Shown in pieces: positions 21,512 to 30,688 of a stretch of 64,000 nt of DNA; position 1 is the first letter of the stretch, and every line of letters begins with the position of its first letter. Both the position numbers and the translations under genes were made by a program. Location: positions 17,481-81,480 of the forward strand of contig CAVPGV010000013.1 of assembly GCA_963704075.1 (NCBI GenBank), written 5' to 3'. Source of the DNA: an uncultured Actinomycetota bacterium (GTDB taxonomy: Bacteria > Actinomycetota > Actinomycetes > S36-B12 > UBA10799). The notes beneath the pieces are model-generated. The model saw only the letters and a program-made list of their open reading frames with translations, was not told the DNA's origin and searched no databases.

Positions 21512-22763
21512 CTATCCGGTGTCGGGTGGGGGTCGGTCGGTGGTGGTGTAGGCGCCGGTGGGGGTTTGGATGATGTGCAGGCGGCCGTGGTGGACGCGGC
21601 GGTGGTGGTATCGGCAGACCAGGACCAGGTTGGGTAGGTCGGTGGGCCCGCCCTGGTTCCAGGGGCGGATGTGGTGGGCGATGCAGCGGTGTGCGGGCAC
21701 GGTGCAGCCGGGGTGGATGCAGCCGTTGCCGTCGCGCACGGCCAGCGCGGCGCGTTGGGCTTTGGTGGCGTACCGTTCGGCGAACCCGACCGCCAGCGGC
21801 TGCCAGTGGACCTGATCGGCGGTCAAACCGACGACCAGGGTGAGGTTGGCGGTGCAGGTGTGTTCGGCCACCTCGGCCCGCGACATCAGCAGCCCGGACG
21901 GCCAGCGCACCCCGAGCCGGTGTGCTGAGTTGGTCGGGGGTGACGGTGATGGTGACGTGCCCGAGGCCGGTGGGCCGGTCGGTGTCATCGGTGGATCGGG
22001 TGGCGATCTCGGCCAGCGCGTCGGCGCGGCGCTGCCCGGGGGTGCGGGTGTCGTCCGGGCCGGTCGGTGCGGCGTACAGGTCGAACGCCGCGGCCAACGC
22101 TTGACCGGTGGCGGCGTCGAGTAGCCCGTTGAGGATCCAGGTGTTGTCCAGCCCCGGTGACAGGTCGACTTTGCGGCGTGACCGGTCGTGCTCGGCGAGG
22201 TCGTCGTGGATCTCGGGGCGGTACTGCTGGATGATCACCTCCAGGATCGTGCGCAGGTCGGCCGGGGTGTGCCGCGGCGGCGATCCCGGCCACCGTGGCC
22301 TCGATGCTGGCGTAGTCCTCGCCCAGGATCCGCCGGGCACCGCGGATGGCCCGCACATGCTCCAGGCTGATCGCCCCGCGGCCCAACGCGTGGCGGTGTC
22401 GGGCAGGTCGTCGCGCAGCGCCCGGGCGGTGTGCACCCGCCACCCCGCGGCCGCCGAGGTGATCCCGGTGGTCTTCGCCAGCCAGTCACCGGTGGTGCGG
22501 TGCCCGGCGATCTGCGCCCCACCAGCGGCGTCGTAGGCACCCAACAGCCGCATATCCGCGGCATCCACCTTGTTGCCCAGGATGTGCAACTGTTCGATCG
22601 CCCCGGCCAGGTCGTCCAGAGACTCACCGGTGGGGTCGGCGGCCACGATCGCGTCCACGGTGGCGTGCAGAGACGCGATCAGACCCGGCAACGACACCGC
22701 CGTGCTGGGCTGGTGCTGGTGCTGGTGCTGGTCATGATCCCCCTCCCCCTCTACTTCGAACAC
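21512..22763 (-). pseudogene. DUF222/HNH endonuclease (13E12-repeat-like family), three frame changes
   Basis: The N-terminus (MFEVEGEGDHDQHQHQHQ..LHILGNKVDAADMRLLGAYD..) lies in one frame. The middle pieces ISLEHVRAIRGARRILGED.. and ..LSPGLDNTWILNGLLDAATGQ.. and the C-terminal HNH domain (GCIHPGCTVPAHRCIAHHIRPWNQGGPTDLPNLVLVCRYHHRRVHHG) lie in other frames. Shifts near 22385, 22270 and 21920. Confidence 0.8.
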
Positions 22764-22987
22764 TAGTACGATAGATGTGCCCGGGCAATAGTCCGAATGA
22801 ACCTGTGCACAACGAGGTCACCTCGAAGGGGACACAGCGCCCGACTGGGGAGCGCGGCAGTTCAGGGGCTGGCTGAGAGTCCTAGCCCCCCGCCGTTGAC
22901 ACCTTCAGGTCGGCAGCGCCCCAGCCCGTCCGCCCCGGAAGACGCCGATCCCGACTGCGCCGTCTCGAGCGCCGTGAAACCCACGGA

Positions 22988-24253
22988 CTACAGCGTCGAC
23001 AGGCTCTTCTCCGCGGACTCCAGCATCAACCGCTGCTGGTTGAGGCTCTGCTTGGCGGCGTCGATCCTGGCCTCATCCCCGGATTGCTGCGCGGCAGCAA
23101 GCTCGGCCTCGAGTTTGTCGACGGAGGCCCGGTAGGCGTCCACCAGTCCCTGGGCCCGATCGCGGATCTCCGGGTTGCTGCGACGCCATGCCGTCGTCTC
23201 GGCCGATCGGATGGCGTCGTCCACGGCTCGTAGGCGGGCGTCTAGTTTGGGTTTGTCCGCTCGCGGGACGTGCCCGATCCCGGCGAACTCGCCCTGGATA
23301 TCGCGCAGGGCCCTACGAGCGGATTTGGCGTCCTTAATGGGCAGAAGTGCCTCGGCCTTGACGACCAGTGCCTTCTTGGCAGCGAGGTTCTGCTTCTGTT
23401 CGTTGTCGCGGGCGTTGAAGTTCTGCTTGCGGGCGCTGAAGAACTTCTCCTGTGCTCCGCGGAAACGCTGCCACAGGGCCTCGTCGTCGCGCTTCCCCGC
23501 GAAACCGGCCTTCTTCCACTTCTCCATCAGGTCCCGGAACGCCGCTGCGGTGCTCTGCCAATCGGTGGAATCCGCCAATGCCTCGGCCTGCTCGGCGAGT
23601 GCGGTCTTGGCCGCGACCGCCGCGGCGCGTTTGCGGTCCTGCTCGTCGCGGTGGACCTTACGCGCCTTGTCGAAGGACCTCCGCGCCGTCCGGAACCGCT
23701 CCCACAGCGCGTCGGTCGCCGGGCGCTGTTCCGCCGTCGGCTTGGGGAGCTTCTTCCATTCGTCGACCAGTGCCCGGTAGCGCTCACCGGTCTGCTTCCA
23801 GGCCGTCGATGTGGCCAGTTCCTCGGCCTCCGCGACGATCTTCTCGCGGGCCTGCTGGCCGGCCGCGGCTGCGGCTTTGCGCTCCTCGTCGAGGATCTGT
23901 CCGCGGATGTTCGCCAGCACCTCGAGCTGCCCGATCCGGGCCATGAGCAAGGAGATGTCGCCGATGAATGCCGGTTCCTCCAGGGCATGACGGGCCTTGC
24001 CCGCCACGACAAGCGCTTCGCGGGGCGAGCACTTGTTGTCCGCCAACCGCGTCGCGGTCAGTTCCAGCGAGTGGCTCAGGTCGTTGTACTTGGTCGCGTA
24101 GTAGTGCAGTGCCTCTTCCGCGCCGCCAGCGGCGAACTGTCCAACCGGCCGTTCGCTGCCGTCGGGCAGGCGCAGGAAGACTGTGCCGTCCTCGGCGACC
24201 CGGCCGAACGACTCGGCGGGAGCCGGCCCTGGCTTGGGTGTCTGGTCAGTCAT
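22988..24253 (-). CDS. DUF349 domain-containing protein
   Basis: 421 aa, helical, with repeated DUF349-type units (EWKKLPK..DALWERFRTARRSFDKARK; KWKKAGFAGKRDDEALWQRFRGAQEKFFSARK). Confidence 0.8.
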   Translation of the reverse strand: MTDQTPKPGPAPAESFGRVAEDGTVFLRLPDGSERPVGQFAAGGAEEALHYYATKYNDLSHSLELTATRLADNKCSPREALVVAGKARHALEEPAFIGDISLLMARIGQLEVLANIRGQILDEERKAAAAAGQQAREKIVAEAEELATSTAWKQTGERYRALVDEWKKLPKPTAEQRPATDALWERFRTARRSFDKARKVHRDEQDRKRAAAVAAKTALAEQAEALADSTDWQSTAAAFRDLMEKWKKAGFAGKRDDEALWQRFRGAQEKFFSARKQNFNARDNEQKQNLAAKKALVVKAEALLPIKDAKSARRALRDIQGEFAGIGHVPRADKPKLDARLRAVDDAIRSAETTAWRRSNPEIRDRAQGLVDAYRASVDKLEAELAAAQQSGDEARIDAAKQSLNQQRLMLESAEKSLSTL

Positions 24254-24257
24254 TGTC

Positions 24258-25107
24258 CTAGTTTCCGATCGACGCGGTCTTGATCACGATGGGTTGTGCC
24301 GGTGGTCCATCGGTCGCATCCGATGATCCCGCCTCCACGCCCCCTGCTGCAACGTACTTAACCACGTCGAGGCCGTCGGAGACCTTCCCGACGATGGTGT
24401 AGCCGGCTGGCAGGGTGGTCTTCTTGTACACCAGGAAGACCTGGCTGCTGGCGGTGTCGGGGCCCCGATTGGCCATCGCGACGGTGCCCGCCGGGTAGTT
24501 ACCTTCCCCCTCGTCCGGGAGGTTCTCGTCCGGAACGGTGAAGCCGGTCTCGCCGGTACCGTCGGCGCCGGGGGAGCCGCACTGCAGGACGAAGATCCCC
24601 GCCGTGGTCAGGCGGTGGCAGAAGTTGCCCTGAGTAGTAGCCCTGGTCGGTGAGGAACGCCAGTGCGTTGACGTTCTTGGGCGCGGCTTGCGCGTCCAAC
24701 GCGACAGTGATCCGGCCGCAGTTGGTGTTGAGTATCCAGTCGACGGTGCCGGTGAGGTTCTGATCAGCGGGTTCGTCCCAGGTCCGACCGTCGTTGCGCG
24801 GTGCCCCGGGCTCGGTGCAGGTCACCCCGGCCGGGGTCGCCACCGGACCCGGTGTGGCCTCGGCGGTCGGGGAGGCGGACTCGTCCGGGGCTGGTGACCC
24901 CTCGGCTTCCGGCGTGGCCTCGGCGCCCGCTTGCTGGGTGCTGTCGGGCCAGGCCGCCCACACCACGGCGCCGGCGACGACGGCGCCTGCGGCCAGAAGA
25001 CCGAAGACTCGGTTCCGGCGAGCCCGCGCGGATGCCTCGGCGCGACGCTGGGCCTGCCGTTCGGCCTTGGCGCGTGCGAGTTCGCGTCGACGCTTGTCGC
25101 TGGTCAT
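24258..25107 (-). CDS. membrane-anchored peptidyl-prolyl cis-trans isomerase (cyclophilin type), frame interrupted once near 24629 as assembled
   Basis: ORF 24499..25107 holds the basic N-terminus, TM helix, linker and the start of the cyclophilin domain (..NALAFLTDQGYYSG). ORF 24258..24476 holds the cyclophilin C-terminus (MANRGPDTASSQVFLVYKKT..). The intervening NFCHRLTTAGIFVLQCG.. is readable after removing one G/C from the run at 24628-24630. Position equals ppiB (Rv2582). Confidence 0.85.
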
Positions 25108-25214
25108 CGGCTGTCCTCCCGTCGGGCCAGACCGCCCCGCACGAGCGCGACGGGCGGCAACAGGAGTCTACGTGCCGCCGGAATCGGGACGGTCCGTGTG
25201 TCACGGATAGGCTG

Positions 25215-25937
25215 GTGTGTGTGTTGATCGCAGGATTTCCCGCTGGGCCGTGGGGCACCAACTGCTTCGTCGTGGCCACCGGTCCCCGCTCGGAGTGCAT
25301 CGTCATCGACCCCGGCAAGGACGCCATGACCGGAGTGGACGAGGTGGTCCGTGAGCATCATCTGCAACCAGTCGCGGTGCTCGTCACCCATGGGCATCTC
25401 GATCACATGTGGTCGGTCACGCCTGTGTGCGAAGCCCGTGACGTGCCCGCGTACATCCATCCAGCGGACCGTCATCTACTGTCCGATCCGATGGCGGGGA
25501 TCTCCGGAGACACCCGGGTCATGTTCGAGCAGATGACCGGCGGTCGCCTCCAGTTCGCCGAACCCGACGATGTGCGGATGCTCGAGGACGCGCAGTCGGT
25601 GGACCTGGCCGGTCTCACCTTCGGTGTACGTCACGCACCCGGCCACACGCCCGGCTCGACGGTGTTCCTGACGGATGCCCAAGATGACATCCCGCCGATC
25701 ATGTACTCCGGTGACCTGCTGTTCGCCGGCTCGATCGGGCGCACCGATCTACCGGGCGGGGACACTGCTGAGATGATGCGGTCGCTGTCGTCGGTCGTGC
25801 TGCCCCAGCCTCCCGAGACGGTAGTGCTCCCCGGTCATGGTGAGCAGACAACGATCGGACAAGAGCTGACCAATAACCCGTTCCTGGAACAGGCCCGCTC
25901 CCTGAATCTGCAGCAGCCACCGGGGCGTGGCCTGTGA
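25215..25937 (+). CDS. MBL-fold metallo-hydrolase (glyoxalase II-like)
   Basis: Metal-binding motif THGHLDHM. Its stop overlaps the start of hisS. Start trimmed from track ORF 24801 to a GTG at 25215 or 25221. Confidence 0.85.
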   Translation: MCVLIAGFPAGPWGTNCFVVATGPRSECIVIDPGKDAMTGVDEVVREHHLQPVAVLVTHGHLDHMWSVTPVCEARDVPAYIHPADRHLLSDPMAGISGDTRVMFEQMTGGRLQFAEPDDVRMLEDAQSVDLAGLTFGVRHAPGHTPGSTVFLTDAQDDIPPIMYSGDLLFAGSIGRTDLPGGDTAEMMRSLSSVVLPQPPETVVLPGHGEQTTIGQELTNNPFLEQARSLNLQQPPGRGL

Positions 25938-27190
25938 GCCTGCTGCAAGCACCTCGGGGTGTGCCGGAGTACCTGCCCGGCGTCTCCGCGGATTTCCTGG
26001 CCGTGCGCAACACTCTGGGTCGCGCCGCGGAACTCGGTGGGTACGGCTACATCGAACTGCCGGTCTTCGAGGACACCGCGGTGTTCGTGCGGGGGGTGGG
26101 GGAGTCCACCGACGTGGTGAGCAAGGAGATGTACACGTTCACCGACCGCGGTGATCGGTCGCTGTCATTGCGCCCGGAAGGAACGGCAGGCGTGATGCGT
26201 TCGGTGCTGGAGAACGGCCTGCACCGGGGGAGCCTACCGGTCAAACTCTGGTACGCCGGTCCGTTCTTCCGCGCCGAGCGCCCCCAGCAGGGTCGCTACC
26301 GGCAACTGCAGCAGGTGGGGGTCGAGGCGATCGGGATCGACGATCCGCTCCTGGACGCCGAGGTCATCGCCATCGCCGACGAGGGCTATCGGAGGTTGGG
26401 TCTGCGGGGATACCAGTTGTACATCTCCTCGATCGGCTGCCGGACGTGCCGGCCCGGCTACCGCGCGGCGCTGCAGGAGTTCCTGGCCGGTCTGCCATTG
26501 GATGAGCCGACGGCCGAGCGCGCCCGGCTCAATCCTCTGCGCGTCCTGGACGACAAACGCCCGGACGTCCAGCGCTTGCTCGAGGGCGCGCCCCTGCCGC
26601 CAGATCACCTGTGCGACGACTGCCGGGAGCACTTCTCGCGGGTCCAACAGGCACTGACTGCGCTCGGGGTGCGGTTCACCCTGAACCCGCGGCTGGTGCG
26701 CGGCCTGGACTACTACACCCGCACCACCTTCGAGTTCGACCACCCCGCGCTGGGTGCCCAGTCGGGTATCGGCGGTGGAGGCCGTTACGACGGCCTGATG
26801 GAGTCCCTCGGCGGACCGGACATGTCCGGGATCGGCTTCGGCCTGGGCACCGACCGCACACTGCTCGCCTGCCAGGCCGAGGGTCTGCACCCCGGAGACG
26901 TCAGCGCGGTCGACGTGTTCCTGGTGCCCGTCGGAGAGGCAGCCCGCGATGCTGCCTCTCGGCTGGCAGGCCGGATGCGCGCCGACGGCGTCCGCGTGGA
27001 TATGGCGTTCGGTGGCCGCGGGATGAAGGGCTCGATGAAAGCCGCCGACAAGTCCGGCGCCCGATGGGCCATCATCATCGGGGACAAGGAACTGGCCGAA
27101 GGCACGGTGCAGATCAAGCACCTGGAATCCGGCTCCCAACACAGCGTGCCCGCCGACGAGGTCGTTGGCGCGATATTGACAGGAGAATGA
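25934..27190 (+). CDS. hisS: histidine--tRNA ligase
   Basis: 418 aa with class II HisRS motifs ([35 protein letters not shown]). Confidence 0.95.
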   Translation: MSLLQAPRGVPEYLPGVSADFLAVRNTLGRAAELGGYGYIELPVFEDTAVFVRGVGESTDVVSKEMYTFTDRGDRSLSLRPEGTAGVMRSVLENGLHRGSLPVKLWYAGPFFRAERPQQGRYRQLQQVGVEAIGIDDPLLDAEVIAIADEGYRRLGLRGYQLYISSIGCRTCRPGYRAALQEFLAGLPLDEPTAERARLNPLRVLDDKRPDVQRLLEGAPLPPDHLCDDCREHFSRVQQALTALGVRFTLNPRLVRGLDYYTRTTFEFDHPALGAQSGIGGGGRYDGLMESLGGPDMSGIGFGLGTDRTLLACQAEGLHPGDVSAVDVFLVPVGEAARDAASRLAGRMRADGVRVDMAFGGRGMKGSMKAADKSGARWAIIIGDKELAEGTVQIKHLESGSQHSVPADEVVGAILTGE

Positions 27191-27191
27191 C

Positions 27192-28941
27192 GTGAGAAGA
27201 ACCCATGCCGGAAGCCTGCGCGCATCCGACGCCGACCGGCAGGTGACGTTGTCCGGGTGGGTCGGCCGCCGGCGCGATCACGGCGGGGTGGCGTTCCTCG
27301 ATCTTCGCGACGCCTCCGGAGTCGTTCAGGTGGTCCTCCACGACGAGGCTGCGCACGATCTGCGGTCCGAGTACTGCATCACTGTCACGGGCACGGTTCG
27401 GGTGCGCCCAGCGGGCAACGAGAACCCAGAACTTCCCACCGGGGAGGTCGAGGTCGTCGCGGAATCGGTCGAGATCCTGTCGCCGGCGGCACCGCTGCCA
27501 TTCCCGATCGACGAGCACGTCGAAGTCGGCGAGGACACGCGGCTGCGACACCGGTACCTCGACCTGCGGCGTCCCGGGCAGGCGAACGCACTGCGCATGC
27601 GCTCGAAGGTCAACCAGCTCGCCCGCGACGTGCTGCTCGAGCGGGACTTCGTGGAGGTCGAGACGCCGACGCTGACCCGGTCGACGCCCGAAGGAGCCCG
27701 GGACTTCCTGGTGCCCGTCCGGCTGCAGCCGGGCCACTGGTACGCCCTGCCGCAGTCGCCCCAACTCTTCAAGCAGTTGCTCATGGTGGCCGGACTGGAG
27801 CGCTACTTCCAGATCGCCCGCTGCTATCGCGACGAGGATTTCCGCGCAGACCGGCAGCCTGAGTTCACGCAGCTGGACATCGAGATGTCCTTCGTGGAGC
27901 AGGAGGATGTGATCGAGGTCGGTGAGGCCGTGATCCGTTCGCTGTGGAAGGGGATCCTCGGCCACGACATCGGGTCGATTCCGCATATGACGTATGACGA
28001 GGCGATGCGGCGCTACGGCTCCGACAAGCCGGACCTGCGCTTCGATCTGGAACTGACCGAGTTGACCGAGTACTTCGGGCAGACCCCGTTCCGGGTCTTC
28101 CAGGCGCCGTACGTCGGCGCCATCGTGATGCCCGGCGGCGGCAGTCAGGCACGCAGAGCGTTCGACGCCTGGCAGGAGTGGGCCAAGCAGCGCGGCGCCA
28201 AGGGGCTGGCCTACGTGACCGTCGCCGAGGACGGATCGTTGGGCGGTCCGGTGGCCAAGAACATCTCGGAGGCCGAACGCGATGGCCTGGTGGCGGCCAC
28301 TGGTGCGAACCCGGGGGACTGCATCTTCTTCGCGGCCGGCAAGCCCGGCAGACGCCCGCGGCCTGCTCGCGGCGACCCGTGACGAGATTGCCCGGCGGCT
28401 GGGTTTGATCGACGAGTCCCAGTGGTCGTTCGTGTGGATCGTGGACGCCCCGATGTTCGAGGAGGTCGACCTGGACGACGGGTCGGTCGCCTGGACGGCG
28501 GTGCACCACCCCTTCACCTCGCCGAACGCCGAGTCGCTGGACACGTTCGACACCGACCCGGGTTCGGCTCTCGCCTGGGCCTACGACCTGGTGTGCAACG
28601 GCAACGAGATCGGCGGGGGATCCATCCGTATCCACTCCCGAGACGTGCAGCAGCGCGCTTTCGCCGTGTTGGGCATCGATGACAGCGAGGCGCAGGAGAA
28701 GTTCGGCTTCCTGCTCGAGGCGTTCAAGTACGGACCACCACCGCATGGCGGGATCGCGTTCGGGTGGGACCGCATCGTGATGCTGCTTGCCGGGGCGAAC
28801 TCTTTGCGCGACGTGATCGCCTTCCCGAAGACCGGTGCCGGTCAGGATCCGTTGACGGGGGCGCCCACGCCCATCACCGCGGCCCAGCGTGACGAGGCAG
28901 GGGTCGACTTCGTGCCCGAGGACGAACCCGAAACGGAATAA
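27192..28941 (+). CDS. aspS: aspartate--tRNA ligase, frame interrupted once near 28345 as assembled
   Basis: ORF 27192..28382 covers the OB fold, motif 1/2 region and insertion domain. ORF 28282..28941 covers [37 protein letters not shown]. The junction ..CIFFAAGK | [16 protein letters not shown] is restored by removing one C from CCC at 28344-28346. Confidence 0.92.
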
Positions 28942-28945
28942 CCGG

Positions 28946-30238
28946 ATGGATCTGTTCGACCAGAACGCCCCGGCACAGCCGTTGGCCGCCCGGGTCCGGC
29001 CGGCCGGGGTGGACGAGGTCATCGGGCAGTCGCACCTGTTGGGGCCGACGTCGCCGTTGCGGGCGCTGCTCAGCGATCCGGACGCCGCCACCAGTGTGAT
29101 CCTCTGGGGGCCGCCGGGGACCGGGAAGACCACGTTGGCCAGACTCGCCGCGGAGGTGTCCGGCCGACGCTTCGTCGCATTGGCGGCAGTCAGTGCCGGG
29201 GTGAAGGACGTCCGGGCGGCGATCGAACAGGCACGTGAGATCGGGCGCACGCGCGGCGAGCGGACGATCCTGTTCATCGATGAGGTCCACCGCTTCTCCA
29301 AGACGCAGCAGGATGTCCTGTTGCCGGCGGTGGAGCACGGCTGGATCACCCTGATCGCGGCCACCACCGAGAACCCGAGCATGAGCCTGGTCAGCCCGCT
29401 GCTGTCGCGGTCGATGCTGCTGGTGCTGTCCGCCCTCACCGATGACGAGGTCCGAGCGGTCATCGCCCGTGCGTTGGCACATCCTGACGGTCTCCCGGAC
29501 GTCACGATCGACGACGAAGCCACCGATCTGATCGTCCGGTTCGCCGGCGGGGACGCTCGACGGGCGCTGACCGCTCTGGAGGCTGCCGCAGGGCCCGGAC
29601 ACGAGATCACCGGCGAGGTGGTCAGGGCGATCATCCCGCAGGTGGCGAATCGCTACGACCGCGACGGCGACATGCACTACGACATCACCAGCGCGCTGAT
29701 CAAGAGCGTGCGGGGAAGCGACGTCGATGCCGCCCTGCACTATCTGGCCCGGCTGGTCGACGGCGGTGAGGACCCGCGCTTCATCGCCCGCCGCCTGGTG
29801 ATCCTGGCCAGCGAGGACATCGGGCTTGCCGACCCCTCGGCACTGCCACTGGCCATCGCGGGTCTGCAGGCCGTGCAGCTCATCGGCTGGCCCGAAGCAC
29901 GCATCACGCTGGGTCATGTGGTGATCCACCTGTCGTTGAGCCCGAAGAGCAACGCCGCCTATGTGGCCATCAACGAGGCGCTGGAGGATGTTCGATCGGG
30001 TCGGGTTTCGCCGGTTCCCGCCATGCTCCGCGATGCCAGTCTGAAGTCCTCGCGGGCGACGGGAGCTGGCCGCGGGTATCGCTATCCGCACGACGAGGGC
30101 GGTTTCGTGCCGGTGCGGTACGTGGAGGACCCGATTCTGGACCGCACCTACTACCGGCCCACCCAGCACGGGACGGAGGCGCGGGCGGCCGCGGCACTGC
30201 AGCGGCTGCGCGACGCGGTGCGCGATTCCGACGGTTGA
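28946..30238 (+). CDS. rarA: replication-associated recombination protein A (RarA/MgsA AAA+ ATPase)
   Basis: Walker A GPPGTGKTTLARL, Walker B ILFIDEVHRF, then the conserved MgsA C-terminal domain (YDITSALIKSVRGSDVDAALHYLARL). Trimmed from track ORF 28889. Confidence 0.92.
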   Translation: MDLFDQNAPAQPLAARVRPAGVDEVIGQSHLLGPTSPLRALLSDPDAATSVILWGPPGTGKTTLARLAAEVSGRRFVALAAVSAGVKDVRAAIEQAREIGRTRGERTILFIDEVHRFSKTQQDVLLPAVEHGWITLIAATTENPSMSLVSPLLSRSMLLVLSALTDDEVRAVIARALAHPDGLPDVTIDDEATDLIVRFAGGDARRALTALEAAAGPGHEITGEVVRAIIPQVANRYDRDGDMHYDITSALIKSVRGSDVDAALHYLARLVDGGEDPRFIARRLVILASEDIGLADPSALPLAIAGLQAVQLIGWPEARITLGHVVIHLSLSPKSNAAYVAINEALEDVRSGRVSPVPAMLRDASLKSSRATGAGRGYRYPHDEGGFVPVRYVEDPILDRTYYRPTQHGTEARAAAALQRLRDAVRDSDG

Positions 30239-30260
30239 CTGGTTCCGCGCCATCCGAAGG

Positions 30261-30299
30261 TTGAATGAGATGGACCACTGAGTGGTCGGTTTCATTCAA
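30261..30299. repeat. imperfect 39-bp palindrome between rarA and the small ORF upstream of alaS
   Basis: TTGAATGA-gatg-GACCACT-g-AGTGGTC-ggtt-TCATTCAA. AT-rich relative to its surroundings. Confidence 0.7.
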
Positions 30300-30340
30300 G
30301 CTTCCGGCCGATCGCCCGAACTGCTGCGTACACTGTCCGG

Positions 30341-30658
30341 GTGAGTCGACTCTTCTGGATGGGCGTTGGCGCCGCCGGCGGCATCGTTGCGTACCGCAAG
30401 GGGACCAATGCCGTCAACGGCGTCCGCGAGCGCAGTTTCCGGGAGAACTTGAGCAAGGTGGCCCAGACCGCTTCCAGCGTCGCCGCCTCGGCGCGCTACC
30501 TCGCCACCCTCGTGTCCGATGAGCCGGACGCGAATGTGGTGGACATCCGCAAGGTGGCCCGGCCAGACCTCCGTCGGGCACCTGCCGCCCCTGACATCCG
30601 CCCGGCAACCCTGGGGACCATGGACGCCCGGCGAGCTCCCGGAACCGCCCGCGAGTAG
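30341..30658 (+). CDS. small hypothetical membrane protein
   Basis: 105-aa ORF with an N-terminal hydrophobic segment (LFWMGVGAAGGIVAY). Located immediately upstream of alaS. No function recognised. Confidence 0.5.
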   Translation: MSRLFWMGVGAAGGIVAYRKGTNAVNGVRERSFRENLSKVAQTASSVAASARYLATLVSDEPDANVVDIRKVARPDLRRAPAAPDIRPATLGTMDARRAPGTARE

Positions 30659-30688
30659 CACGTCCGGACGGCAACTAGGCTTGCCCCC

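Noticed and set aside
22797-23135. 112-aa plus-strand ORF between the HNH pseudogene and the DUF349 gene
   Set aside because: Its 3' half overlaps the end of the well-supported DUF349 gene on the other strand. The sequence is low complexity (Ser/Ala/Pro) with no ribosome-binding site.
27865-29634. 589-aa minus ORF, together with the 27114..28553, 28874..30295, 18808..20376, 9572..10879, 16514..17884 and 1924..3174 minus ORFs
   Set aside because: All lie antisense to strongly supported housekeeping genes (aspS, rarA, relA, pdxS/pdxT, secD, thrS) and have low-complexity R/P/G/A composition.
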